Shown here piece by piece: positions 1 to 9,574 of a stretch of 64,000 nucleotides of DNA. How positions within the stretch are numbered: position 1 is the first letter of the stretch; every line of letters begins with the position of its first letter. Under the pieces are notes generated by a model. It saw nothing but the letters and a program-made list of their open reading frames with translations, searched no databases and was not told the origin of the DNA. The DNA comes from a bacterium. GTDB taxonomy: Bacteria; SZUA-182; DTGQ01; JAFGSM01. Where the stretch lies: assembly GCA_049472315.1 (NCBI GenBank), contig JBLIRN010000014.1, positions 5,820-69,819 of the forward strand, given 5' to 3'. A program made the translations under genes and the position numbers.

Positions 1-203
1 AGACGGGTGATCTCCCTGTCCTCGAAGAAGATCTGGCCCTTTCGGGGATGGAGCAGTCCCGAGATGGTGTTGAGGGTGGTGGTTTTTCCAGCGCCGTTCG
101 CACCGATCAGGGTCACAATCTCCCCCCTTTGAATGTGCATGGAGATCCCCTTCAATGCCTGTATGGCGCCGTAGTAGGTACTGACGCTGACCAGTCTGAG
201 CAC
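1..203 (-). CDS. livF: Branched-chain amino acid ABC transporter ATP-binding protein LivF (5' part only; runs off left edge)
   Basis: Minus-strand translation reads VLRLVSVSTYYGAIQALKGISMHIQRGEIVTLIGANGAGKTTTLNTISG (Walker A GANGAGKTT). A GTG start lies at 203-201, immediately after the livG stop, with GGAGG upstream. Confidence 0.8.
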   Translation of the reverse strand, partial: MLRLVSVSTYYGAIQALKGISMHIQRGEIVTLIGANGAGKTTTLNTISGLLHPRKGQIFFEDREITR

Positions 204-205
204 CC

Positions 206-970
206 CTACACCTCCTCTCCAAGGTAGGCGCCGATGACGAGCGGATCGTTCTGTATCTCCCGGGGGCTCCCCTCGGCGATCTTTTCGCCGTAATTGAGCA
301 CCATGATATGATCGGATATGTCCATCACCAGGCTCATGTCATGTTCTACCAGGAAGATGGTGATCCCGCGGTCCCTGATCCGTTGGATGAGCGCCGCCAC
401 CCTCTGCGTCTCGTGGGTGTTGAGCCCTGCGGCAGGTTCGTCCAGAAGGAGCAGTCGTGGCTCCGTAGCCAGGGCACGGGCAATCTCGAGGACCCGCTGC
501 TCTCCGAAGGGGAGGCTTCCTGCACCCTCCCCTGCATGCTGTTCCAGACCCACAAATGAGAGCATCTCCATGGCCTTCTCCCTGATGCCCCGTTCCTCCG
601 CGAACACCCATGGAAGGCGGAGGGCCGAGCTGATCATGGAGCACCGCGACCGGGTGTGACGGCCCACCATGATGTTTTCCAGGACGGTCATGTTTTCAAA
701 CAGGAGGACATTCTGAAAAGTCCGGGCGATTCCCATGGATACGAGCCGGTGCGGCCTTTTCCCGTCGATGCGGGTATTGTGGAAGCTTATCTTGCCGGCG
801 GTCAGGTGCGAAAATCCGGTGATGAGGTTGAAGATGGTGGTCTTTCCGGCGCCATTGGGACCGATCAGGGAGTGGATGCGGCCCTCGTATACATCCAGGG
901 TCACATTGTTCACGGCGATCAGACCGCCGAACTCCTTGCGTATGTTAAATGCCGACAGTATCGGATTCAT
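206..970 (-). CDS. livG: Branched-chain amino acid ABC transporter ATP-binding protein LivG
   Basis: 254 aa with Walker A GPNGAGKTT, an ABC signature region and the LLLDEPAAGLN Walker B. Typical LivG N-terminus MNPILSAFNIRKEFGGL. Confidence 0.9.
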   Translation of the reverse strand: MNPILSAFNIRKEFGGLIAVNNVTLDVYEGRIHSLIGPNGAGKTTIFNLITGFSHLTAGKISFHNTRIDGKRPHRLVSMGIARTFQNVLLFENMTVLENIMVGRHTRSRCSMISSALRLPWVFAEERGIREKAMEMLSFVGLEQHAGEGAGSLPFGEQRVLEIARALATEPRLLLLDEPAAGLNTHETQRVAALIQRIRDRGITIFLVEHDMSLVMDISDHIMVLNYGEKIAEGSPREIQNDPLVIGAYLGEEV

Positions 971-1922
971 TGTTTTCCTTGAGGATCTTTCCCTTTATCC
1001 ACGCGAATGCATCGATGGACCCCGAAAAGAGTCCCTTCGGCATCAGGATCATGATGATCATGAGGATGGTGCCGAATATGAGGATTTCGTAGTCGTGAAA
1101 CACGTGCAGATACTCGGGCAGAATGGTAAGGATGAAGGCCCCCAGACAGGCACCCCATATATCGGACATCCCGCCGATGACCGTCATGGTGACCAGCATG
1201 ACCGACTGCATGAAGCCGAATGAGCTTGGGCTGATGAAGGTCACGAAATGGGCATACAGGCTCCCTGCAATGGAGGCAAAGGCCGCGCTTAGTACAAAGA
1301 CCTGCACCTTGTAGCTCGACACATTGACCCCGGCTGCCTGGGCGGCATCCTCGCTGCCATGGATGGCGAGCAGGGCGCGCCCCACCCGGGAGTTGACGAG
1401 ATTCAGGGAGAGCAGGATGGCGGCAAGCACGATGGTCCAGGTGAAACAGTAAAAGCGCAGGTCCTTCAAAGGCATGCCGAAGAGCGAGAGCCGTGGGATG
1501 TCGGTCATGCCCGAAGGGCCGCCCGTCAAGGGGATAAGCTCGTTGAACACGATGAACATGATTTCGCCGAACCCCAGTGTGGCCATGGCCAGATAGTGCC
1601 CCTTCAGCTTCAGGGAGGGCACCCCGATTATGTAGGCAATGATCGCGGTAAGGACAACGCCGCACGGCAAGGCGAGCCATGGGTTGAACCCGAACCTGGT
1701 GCACAGCGCACCGGATGTATAGGCGCCGATGCCATAGAATGCCGCATGCCCCAGCGAGATCTGGCCCGCGTGTCCCATGAGCAGGCCCAGACCGATGACA
1801 ATGAGCACATTGACCCCCACCACAACCATTACGCTGATGTAATACTTGTTGCGCACCAGTATTGGAAAGAGGATGAGCCCGATGAGCACCAGGATGAATA
1901 TGATGGCGTTTCGCTTGTTCAT
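945..1922 (-). CDS. livM: Branched-chain amino acid ABC transporter permease LivM
   Basis: 325-aa polytopic membrane protein in the LivM/BPD_transp_2 family. It overlaps livG by 26 nt (operon). Confidence 0.85.
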   Translation of the reverse strand: MNKRNAIIFILVLIGLILFPILVRNKYYISVMVVVGVNVLIVIGLGLLMGHAGQISLGHAAFYGIGAYTSGALCTRFGFNPWLALPCGVVLTAIIAYIIGVPSLKLKGHYLAMATLGFGEIMFIVFNELIPLTGGPSGMTDIPRLSLFGMPLKDLRFYCFTWTIVLAAILLSLNLVNSRVGRALLAIHGSEDAAQAAGVNVSSYKVQVFVLSAAFASIAGSLYAHFVTFISPSSFGFMQSVMLVTMTVIGGMSDIWGACLGAFILTILPEYLHVFHDYEILIFGTILMIIMILMPKGLFSGSIDAFAWIKGKILKENNESDTVGI

Positions 1923-1923
1923 C

Positions 1924-2802
1924 CTACCGTAATTCCGATCTGCCCATGAGGCCGGTGGGTTTAAAAAAGAGCACCAGGAGGAGCACGATCAGGGCGATGG
2001 CATCCTTGTATCCGGAGGAGATGAATCCCGCACCCATCGATTCCATGATCCCTATGATGAAGCCTGCGATGACCGCCCCCGCGCCGCTTCCCAACCCTCC
2101 CAGGATGGCGGCGGCGAATCCCTTGATGGCGAGCATGGTGCCGCGCTGGTAGTCCATGAGCGAGATTGGGGTGATAATCACCCCTGCAACGGCGCCGATT
2201 GCGGCGCTCAGGGCAAAGGAGAACATCACCATATGCTTGACATTGATGCCCATGAGGCTCGCTGCCTTTCGGTTGGTGGCGCAGGCGCGCATGGCCTTGC
2301 CCAGGAGCGTTTTTTCGAAGAAGACCGCAAGGCCGAAGACCACGAACAGGGTGATCCCCAGAACCCACAGGGATTGGGGGATAATCACCGCGCCGCCCAC
2401 AATGATGGGGGTTTCGCCGGAGAAGGCGGGGATGATGAAGGTGTCCTTTCCCCAGATGAGCATGGCTAGTCCCTTGAACACGATGGAGGCTGCGATGGTG
2501 ATGATGATGAGGGTGATGATGGAGGGATTGGACAGGGGATTTATTGCCAGCCGCTCGAAAAGAATCCCGACAATACCCACAATCACGACCGTCAGAAAGA
2601 AGGCGGGGATCATGGGGATGGCGAGGCCCTTGGTGAGGGAGACCATCACCAGTCCCCCGATCATTACAAACTCGCCTTGGGCGAAATTGATGATGTCCGT
2701 TGCGTTGTAAATGATATTAAAACCCAGGCCGACCATCGCGAAGATGCTGCCGATGGTCAGCCCGGTGAAGATATACTGAAGTATCTGCGTAAAGATGAAC
2801 AA
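1924..2802 (-). CDS. livH: Branched-chain amino acid ABC transporter permease LivH
   Basis: 292-aa hydrophobic permease with LivH-like N-terminus MFIFTQILQYIFTGLTIGSIFAMVGLGFNIIY. Abuts the livM start. Confidence 0.85.
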   Translation of the reverse strand: MFIFTQILQYIFTGLTIGSIFAMVGLGFNIIYNATDIINFAQGEFVMIGGLVMVSLTKGLAIPMIPAFFLTVVIVGIVGILFERLAINPLSNPSIITLIIITIAASIVFKGLAMLIWGKDTFIIPAFSGETPIIVGGAVIIPQSLWVLGITLFVVFGLAVFFEKTLLGKAMRACATNRKAASLMGINVKHMVMFSFALSAAIGAVAGVIITPISLMDYQRGTMLAIKGFAAAILGGLGSGAGAVIAGFIIGIMESMGAGFISSGYKDAIALIVLLLVLFFKPTGLMGRSELR

Positions 2803-2815
2803 TTCAGCTAACTAC

Positions 2816-3979
2816 CTAATCAGCTAACACAAATTTGCCGTCCCTGACCGTAAGTACCTCGAAGGATTCCCTGGTGAGGCCGTTATGGTCGAGGGGTGAG
2901 AAGTTGAACAGACCGGCCGTGCCCACGAAGCCCTTCATGTTTTCCAGGTAGTCCCTGATCTTTGCACGGTTGGGTCCCACCGCCTTGAGGGCCTCGATCA
3001 CCATCCACATGCCGTCATAGGCGTGTCCTCCGAAGGTGCTCACCTCGCCGCCGAATTTCTTCTGGTACTCGGTTTTGTAATCCATGAGGACCTTCTTCTG
3101 GTAGTGGTAGTCAGGGAGCTGATCGGCAACCAGGAGCCTGCCGATGGGCGAAAGGACGCCTTCAGCCGCCCCGCCTGCCTGCTCGATGTTCTTGGTGTTG
3201 CCGAAGCCGTGACTCTGGAAAAGGGGTATCGTGATCCCGAGCTGTTTGACATTCTTGGTGACGATCACCTGGGTAGGGCCGATGGACCAGTTGACGATCG
3301 CCTGGGCGTCGGTCCCCTTGATCTTGGTGAGCTGAGCGGTCATATCGGTGTCCTTGTTGCTGTACCGCTCATCCGCCACGATGGTGATGCCCATTCGCTT
3401 TGCCGCCTCCAGGAGCTCGGTCCTGCCGCTGTCCCCGAACCCGTCCGATACCGTGATGATGGCCACCCTGGTGATCCCCTTTTTGAGCATATACTCGAAC
3501 ATGGCCTCCGCACAGAACTCGTCGGACTGGGGGGTCTTGAACACCCATTTACGCTCGGCAACCGGAGAGATGATCCTTTTTGAGGCGGCGCAGGAGATAT
3601 TGGGCACCTCCGCCTCCTGAACCACTGGAATGACGGCAAGGCTCGAGCCGCTCCGGGAGGGGCCGATGATGGCGAGCACCTGGTCCTTTTCGATGAGCTT
3701 CTTTGCGTTCAGGACCGACTTGGTCTCGTCCCCCTCGGTGTCATAGATGATCAATTCGATGGGATGGCCGTTGATCCCCCCTGCTGCGTTTACCTTGTCC
3801 GCGATCATCTGTGCGGTGTTCCGCTCCGGCTCCCCCAGCCATGAGGCAGGTCCGGTTACGGAAAAGATCGCACCGATCTTGTAGGGCTCCTTGGCCGCCT
3901 GACCGATCCTGCACAGACCGAAACAGAGAATGATCATACATACCGCAGCAAGCACCATTTTCCTCTTCACCACGCTCAC
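2816..3979 (-). CDS. Liv-type periplasmic solute-binding protein (paralog 1)
   Basis: 387 aa with a signal peptide and Peripla_BP_6/LivK-like motifs (YKIGAIFSVTGPASWLGEPERN, ITKVAIITVSDGFGDSG). Confidence 0.85.
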   Translation of the reverse strand: MSVVKRKMVLAAVCMIILCFGLCRIGQAAKEPYKIGAIFSVTGPASWLGEPERNTAQMIADKVNAAGGINGHPIELIIYDTEGDETKSVLNAKKLIEKDQVLAIIGPSRSGSSLAVIPVVQEAEVPNISCAASKRIISPVAERKWVFKTPQSDEFCAEAMFEYMLKKGITRVAIITVSDGFGDSGRTELLEAAKRMGITIVADERYSNKDTDMTAQLTKIKGTDAQAIVNWSIGPTQVIVTKNVKQLGITIPLFQSHGFGNTKNIEQAGGAAEGVLSPIGRLLVADQLPDYHYQKKVLMDYKTEYQKKFGGEVSTFGGHAYDGMWMVIEALKAVGPNRAKIRDYLENMKGFVGTAGLFNFSPLDHNGLTRESFEVLTVRDGKFVLAD

Positions 3980-4083
3980 CCTCCTCTCCTTGTGTTCCCT
4001 TTACGGGACTGTTAATGGATAGTGTGCGCAAGGCCCGCCGAAAGGCGGCCCGCACACCGGTCTTAAAAGACTATGGCCGGAAT

Positions 4084-5253
4084 TCATTCGGCAAGGGCGA
4101 AACTGCCGTTTCTCACCTGGAGCATCTCGAATGCATCCTTGGTCAGTCCGCAGTGGTCATCGGGTGAAAAACGGTAGATATCGGCAATCCCCATAAAGCC
4201 CTGCAGGTTCTCGATGTAATCCCTGATCTTTGCCCGGTCGGGACCTACCGCCTTGAGGGCATCGACGAGGATATACATGGCGTCGTAGGCATGGCCCCCG
4301 AAGGTGCTCACCTCGGAGCCGAACCGTTCCTCGTACTCTTTTTTATACCCCATGAGGACCTTTTTCTGGTAGTGGTCATCCGGAAGCAGGTCGGCCACCA
4401 GGATACGTCCCACCGGGACCAGCACCCCTGATGCGGCGGGGCCTGCCTGATCGATATTCTTGGTGCTCCCGAATCCCGAGCTTTGGAACAGCGGGATCTT
4501 GAGGCCGAGCTGGTACACGTTCTTGGTAATGATGACCTGGGTGGGGCCGATCGACCAGTTCACGATGGCCTGGGCATCCGTACCCTTGATCTTGGTGAGC
4601 TGAACGGTCATATCGGTGTCCTTGTTGCTGTAACGCTCATCCGCCACGATGGTGATGCCCATGTTTTTCGCAGCCTTCTGGAGCTCGATCCTTCCGCTGT
4701 CGCCGTATCCGTCGGACACGGTGATGATGGCGACCTTGGTGATCCCCTTCTTGAGCATGTAATCGAACATCTTCTCCGCACAGAAGGAATCGGATTGGGC
4801 CACCTTGAACACCCAACGCTTTATCGGCTCGGTGATCTTTGCCGATGCCGCGCACGAGATGTTGGGCACCCCTGCCTCCTCCACCACCGGTATGACGGCG
4901 AGGCTGGAGCCGCTCCGGGAGGGACCGATGATGGCGAGCACCTGGTCCCTTTCGATGAGCTTCTTGGCGTTCAGGACCGACTTGGTCTCGTCTCCCTCGG
5001 TGTCATAGATGATCAATTTGAGGGGATGACCGTTGATGCCGCCTGCCGCATTGACCTTATCGGCGATCATCTGAGCGGTGTTGCGTTCCGGCTCGCCGAG
5101 CCAGGATGCTGGGCCGGTTACGGAAAAGATGGCCCCGATCGTATACGGCTCCTTTTCGGCGCGGCCTGTTCCGGGGAATACCATACAGGCGATGAAAAGA
5201 ATGATAATGACGACGCACTGCCCTTTGTACCGGATCTTTGATACAGGTATCAT
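4084..5253 (-). CDS. Liv-type periplasmic solute-binding protein (paralog 2, tandem duplicate)
   Basis: 389 aa, about 75% identical to the 2816-3979 product with a divergent signal peptide. Confidence 0.85.
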   Translation of the reverse strand: MIPVSKIRYKGQCVVIIILFIACMVFPGTGRAEKEPYTIGAIFSVTGPASWLGEPERNTAQMIADKVNAAGGINGHPLKLIIYDTEGDETKSVLNAKKLIERDQVLAIIGPSRSGSSLAVIPVVEEAGVPNISCAASAKITEPIKRWVFKVAQSDSFCAEKMFDYMLKKGITKVAIITVSDGYGDSGRIELQKAAKNMGITIVADERYSNKDTDMTVQLTKIKGTDAQAIVNWSIGPTQVIITKNVYQLGLKIPLFQSSGFGSTKNIDQAGPAASGVLVPVGRILVADLLPDDHYQKKVLMGYKKEYEERFGSEVSTFGGHAYDAMYILVDALKAVGPDRAKIRDYIENLQGFMGIADIYRFSPDDHCGLTKDAFEMLQVRNGSFALAE

Positions 5254-5323
5254 GGCACACCCCTATACAAGATTGTTGATGACAGTACTGCTCGGAATGA
5301 CCGGGATCTCCGGTACGCACGGC

Positions 5324-5761
5324 TTAGAGGGTGTAGACATTCTCCCCCTTCAGAACGGCGATGCCGGCATCCTTGAGGAGCTTTATGGCCCTGTCGATGT
5401 TCTGATCGTCAAACCTGAAGATGATGACCGCATTATTCCTGCTCCGCTCAACAAAGGCATACATGTACTCGACATTGATGGTTTCCTTGTTGAGGATCTC
5501 CAGTATTTTGGCAAGCCCTCCCGGCCTGTCCTCAACCTCCACGGCGATCACCTCGGTCTTTCCCACGGTGAATCCGTTTTTTTTCAGCACCGCGCTCGCC
5601 TTTTCCGTGTCGTTGACAATCAACCGAAGTATGCCGAAATCGGTCGTGTCCGCAAGGGAGAGCGCCCTGATGTTGATCCCGTTGTCGCCCAGGACCCGGG
5701 CCACCTCGGAGAGCCTTCCGGACTTGTTTTCCAAAAAGATGGATATTTGCTGGACTCTCAT
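5324..5761 (-). CDS. ACT domain-containing protein (PaaK-associated type)
   Basis: 145 aa with two ACT-like halves ([29 protein letters not shown]; [27 protein letters not shown]). Sits directly downstream of the PaaK-like ligase. Confidence 0.75.
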   Translation of the reverse strand: MRVQQISIFLENKSGRLSEVARVLGDNGINIRALSLADTTDFGILRLIVNDTEKASAVLKKNGFTVGKTEVIAVEVEDRPGGLAKILEILNKETINVEYMYAFVERSRNNAVIIFRFDDQNIDRAIKLLKDAGIAVLKGENVYTL

Positions 5762-5792
5762 GATTCCACCTTCCTTTATGGTTTAAAAGAGG

Positions 5793-7115
5793 TCATGATC
5801 CACTGTTTTCTTGTGACATGGTTCGTTTGTCGATCACGCGTTTCGCCTTTCCCATGCTTCGTTCGATGGTCTTTGGCTCTACCAGCGTCACCTTCGCGGT
5901 TACCCCGAGCATCTCCCTGAGTTCCTTGGCAATCCTCTTCTCCATTGACTCGAGGGCCTTGATTTCATCGGAAAAGAGCCGCTCATTCACCTCCACCTGG
6001 ACCTCCAGGGTGTCCAGGGAGCCCTCGCGGTCCACCACGATCATATAGTGCGGTTCAACTCCCTCTATCTCCATGAGCACGCTTTCGATCTGGGATGGGA
6101 ACACATTGACGCCCCGAATGATGAGCATGTCGTCCGACCTGCCGCTCACCCGATCCATGCGGACCAGAGTGCGGCCGCACTTGCATGGCTCCGGATGGAG
6201 GGCGCTGATATCACGGGTGCGATAGCGGATGAGAGGGAATGCCTCCTTGGTGATACAGGTGAAAACAAGCTCACCCCGCTGCCCGTAGGGAAGGACCTCG
6301 CCGGTTTGCGGATTGATGATCTCGGGTATGAAGTGGTCTTCAAACACATGGAGACCGCATTTCGCCTCCTCGCACTCCGAGGCGACACCCGGGCCTATGA
6401 CCTCGCTCAGGCCGTAGATGTCGATGGCGCTGATGTTCAGCTTCGCCTCGATGTCCCTGCGCATGTTGTCGGACCATGGCTCTGCGCCGAATATGCCCAC
6501 CCTCAGCTTGAGGCCCTTGAAATCCACCCCCATCTCCTCTGCGGTCTCCGCCAAAAACAGGGCGTATGAAGGGGTGGAGGTGAGCACCGTGGAACCGAAA
6601 TCCTGCATGATCATTATCTGCTTTTTGGTGTTCCCGCCGGACATGGGGATGACCGATGCACCGATTCGCTCGGCGCCATAGTGGGCCCCCAGGCCCCCGG
6701 TGAAAAGCCCGTAGCCATAGGCATTCTGCACGATGTCACCCTTTGCCACGTTGCCGCAGGTGAGGGTGCGGGCCATCAATTCGGCCCAGGTGTTGATGTC
6801 CCGCTTGGTATAGCCGACCACCGTCGGTTTGCCGGTGGTCCCCGATGAGGCGTGAATCCTCACCACCTGGTTCATGGGAACGGCGAACATGCCGAAGGGA
6901 TAGTTGTCCCTGAGGTCGTCTTTCATGGTGAAGGGAAGTTTTGCCAGGTCCTTCAGGCTCTTGATGTTCTCCGGCTTTACTCCTGCCTGATCAAAGGCCC
7001 TCTTGTAGAAGGGGACAGTATAGTAGACCCTCTGTACAACCTGCTGGAGCCGTTTAAGCTGGAGCGCTTGCATTGCTTCCTGTGGCAGGGTCTCGAATTC
7101 CTCATCCCAGATCAT
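5793..7115 (-). CDS. paaK: Phenylacetate-CoA ligase family protein (PaaK-like adenylate-forming enzyme)
   Basis: 440 aa with the AMP-binding motif [14 protein letters not shown] and PaaK-family architecture, including C-terminal [33 protein letters not shown]. Confidence 0.85.
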   Translation of the reverse strand: MIWDEEFETLPQEAMQALQLKRLQQVVQRVYYTVPFYKRAFDQAGVKPENIKSLKDLAKLPFTMKDDLRDNYPFGMFAVPMNQVVRIHASSGTTGKPTVVGYTKRDINTWAELMARTLTCGNVAKGDIVQNAYGYGLFTGGLGAHYGAERIGASVIPMSGGNTKKQIMIMQDFGSTVLTSTPSYALFLAETAEEMGVDFKGLKLRVGIFGAEPWSDNMRRDIEAKLNISAIDIYGLSEVIGPGVASECEEAKCGLHVFEDHFIPEIINPQTGEVLPYGQRGELVFTCITKEAFPLIRYRTRDISALHPEPCKCGRTLVRMDRVSGRSDDMLIIRGVNVFPSQIESVLMEIEGVEPHYMIVVDREGSLDTLEVQVEVNERLFSDEIKALESMEKRIAKELREMLGVTAKVTLVEPKTIERSMGKAKRVIDKRTMSQENSGS

Positions 7116-7369
7116 GACCTTCCCTCCTTTGTAAATTTTAAGCCATTGAAATTCTTATTTTAATAACATTTTTTGCGCAACATGTCAAGATAGTCATGAA
7201 TGCTTGTTATCCTACCACATATTGAAATGATACAGAAGGTTGAATATACCGGTGAACATGGTATTGTCCGGTTTCTATTAACAACACCTCTGTTTTGTGA
7301 TACCATTCGTTGCGATGCGCCGAAGGTGGTGCGCACCCATCTGACAGGAGGGAAGATCGAGAAGGGGCT

Positions 7370-9574
7370 ATGGTGTCATCGACGATGAAGGATCATCGTG
7401 TAGCGATATCGAAGTGCTTAGGTGCGGCAGGCGTGCTCATCTCCACCGGGCTTCCTTCGGTGCTTCTGCGCAGGCCCCTCTTTCCCTCCCAGCTCAATCT
7501 GGTCGCATGGTCCGGCGTGATATTTTCCTTTCTCCTCCTGTGGCGGGATGGCACTATGGTACATAAGAAGCTGGCCTACTGGGCTGTTGCCAGCATCATA
7601 TGCATCCTTGCGATCGTTCGCAGCCGCGTGCTCCCTCCCGCCCACGTTACCCGATACGACATCCTGTTTATAATCGTCGCCCTTTCCCTGGTCTACCGGG
7701 GGACCATCCGGGATCTCGCCTTGTTTATGATATGCGTGCTCGCCCCCCTCGCCCTTGCCGAACTGTATGGGTTCATGCCCTCATTTACCGCCGAAATCCT
7801 CCTCATTGGCGTCGGCATCGGCATGGGGCTCCTGCTTCCCATGGTGCGGTCCCATTTCACATCAAAAGGGGGCGCCTGCGCAGCAGGCCTCGGCGTAGTG
7901 CTGGTCGGGCTCATCGGCGTTGTTTCCTATCTGATGGTATGCTTGCCAATAGGAAACCCCAAGAACAAGCGGGTCATATTCGACACCGGCCACGGGACCA
8001 CGGAGAGTCCTCTCATCGATTACACCAGGAGCATCGATACCGGCACCGAATTCGGTCATGCACACCTGGTGCGGTACCTTTCCATGCACGGTTTTCGCTG
8101 TGAGATGGCCGATTCCATTGCCGGAGATACCCTTTCCGGGGCAAGCATCCTGGTCCTCATCATGCCCTCCCTGCCCTATTCCCCGGAGGAGATTGAGTCG
8201 ATCCGTGCATTTGTGGCGGAGGGAGGGGGGCTGTTGGTGATCGGGGATCATACGGATATCAGCCATGTCCTCTCATCCCTCAATCCCGTTATCGAACAAT
8301 TCGGTATCCGGTTGCGCTTTGACACCATATGGCTTCAAAAGAACGACCGCATAAATCTCGACTACCGGCCCCATCCAGCAACCTTTGACCTGCCCATGGT
8401 CAACTTCAGCGTCGGCGCATCCCTGGACCTCACACCGCCCGGCCGTCCGGTCATCGTATCGCCGTTCGGCACCTTCTCCGATACGGGTGACCCGGAAAAC
8501 GCCGCCCACGCCTATCTCGGCAATTCCCTGCGTGATCCGGGCGAGAAAATGACCGACCTGTGCCTCATAGCCGATTGCCTCTACGGCAGGGGAAGGGTAT
8601 TCGTGATGGGTGATTCGGCCTATTTCCAGAATGCATCCCTTCACAGAAATGCCCTGTTCGCCTATCGGCTCTTTGACTGGTTGAACCACAGGAATGAGGA
8701 ACGAGGGGTGAGGATGATGTTTCTCATCGTGCTTTTCTGCCTGGTAGCGGCGCTCACCGTCCTGACGGGGTACGGGAGTGGATTCCATGGATCGCTGCTG
8801 CCTGCGGTCTCCCTGATTATCCTGTGCTCCCTGTGGATGGGAACCCTTCGAAACCTGAAGAGATTGTCCAGGCCGGAGCCTTTGTTTGCAACGATCTTCA
8901 TCGATATGACCCATCAGAATGAGTATTCCCTTTACTGGATCAACCGGGAAAAGGCGGATACAAGCCTGGACGGTTTCACCGGGCAAATCATAAGGTCGGG
9001 GATGTTCCCTGTCATAGATACCAAAGGCCCTATCACCTCGGAGACCCTCCGGGGGCATAGGGCGGTTTTCGTCATCTGCCCCAATGCCCCTTTCGATGAG
9101 GAGGAAATAGCGGCGATCGAGGAGTTCGTGGAGGAGGGGGGCGGCCTGCTCCTTGTGGAGGGACCGAGAAAATGGGCCATCAGCACCGCCCTGTGGGAGC
9201 GGTTCGGCCTGATCAAGCATCGGTATCCCTTGAGTGTGAACAGACCGATTCTTTCGCCCTTCGGCCTTCCCATACGCCTGCAGTATGGGAATTTCAGGGC
9301 GTCATTCATCCCCCATCCCATCACCCGGGGGATTACGCAGATCAACATGGTGAACCCCTGCGCCGTACAGGGGGGATTCCCGGTGGCATTTATCGACAAC
9401 GTTCCGGTGGTCAATTTTATGGAGTATGGCAAGGGACGGATTGTTGCCATCGGCGACGACCGGTTTTTTGCCAATTATATGACGGAATATCAGGAAAAGG
9501 TTATCGACCCGGAGAAACTCCGGCTTACCTGGAACCTCATCGACTATTGTGCATATGAAACGGTTCAGCACTAA
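7370..9574 (+). CDS. Polytopic membrane protein with two GldG/ABC_transp_aux (DUF4350)-like domains (MP1)
   Basis: RBS GAGAAGGGG precedes ATG 7370, though the long ORF opens at 7310. About 6 N-terminal TM helices are followed by two soluble domains with motifs EEIESIRAFVAEGGGLLVIGDHTD...VFVMGDSAYFQN and EEEIAAIEEFVEEGGGLLLVEG...IVAIGDDRFFANYM, separated by TM helices. Confidence 0.7.
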   Translation: MVSSTMKDHRVAISKCLGAAGVLISTGLPSVLLRRPLFPSQLNLVAWSGVIFSFLLLWRDGTMVHKKLAYWAVASIICILAIVRSRVLPPAHVTRYDILFIIVALSLVYRGTIRDLALFMICVLAPLALAELYGFMPSFTAEILLIGVGIGMGLLLPMVRSHFTSKGGACAAGLGVVLVGLIGVVSYLMVCLPIGNPKNKRVIFDTGHGTTESPLIDYTRSIDTGTEFGHAHLVRYLSMHGFRCEMADSIAGDTLSGASILVLIMPSLPYSPEEIESIRAFVAEGGGLLVIGDHTDISHVLSSLNPVIEQFGIRLRFDTIWLQKNDRINLDYRPHPATFDLPMVNFSVGASLDLTPPGRPVIVSPFGTFSDTGDPENAAHAYLGNSLRDPGEKMTDLCLIADCLYGRGRVFVMGDSAYFQNASLHRNALFAYRLFDWLNHRNEERGVRMMFLIVLFCLVAALTVLTGYGSGFHGSLLPAVSLIILCSLWMGTLRNLKRLSRPEPLFATIFIDMTHQNEYSLYWINREKADTSLDGFTGQIIRSGMFPVIDTKGPITSETLRGHRAVFVICPNAPFDEEEIAAIEEFVEEGGGLLLVEGPRKWAISTALWERFGLIKHRYPLSVNRPILSPFGLPIRLQYGNFRASFIPHPITRGITQINMVNPCAVQGGFPVAFIDNVPVVNFMEYGKGRIVAIGDDRFFANYMTEYQEKVIDPEKLRLTWNLIDYCAYETVQH

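Noticed and set aside
7310-7369. Longer N-terminal extension of MP1 starting at ATG 7310 (MRCAEGGAHPSDRREDREGA...).
   Set aside because: There is no RBS before 7310, and the extension is Arg/Glu/Gly-rich and non-membrane. The ATG at 7370 has a GAGAAGGGG Shine-Dalgarno and is preferred. The extension remains possible.
8273-9220. 315-aa minus-strand ORF antisense to the MP1 membrane-protein gene. Similar long antisense ORFs occur at 967-1704, 4483-5241, 6048-6569, 13585-14307, 14839-15804, 18104-19012, 20511-21080, 23543-24457, 38811-39746, 46523-47314, 50609-51589, 53284-54453 and 54952-55713.
   Set aside because: They lie opposite confidently assigned genes with clear family motifs. They have Arg/Gly/Pro/His-rich compositions typical of antisense frames in GC-rich DNA and lack RBS. 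They were treated as artefacts.
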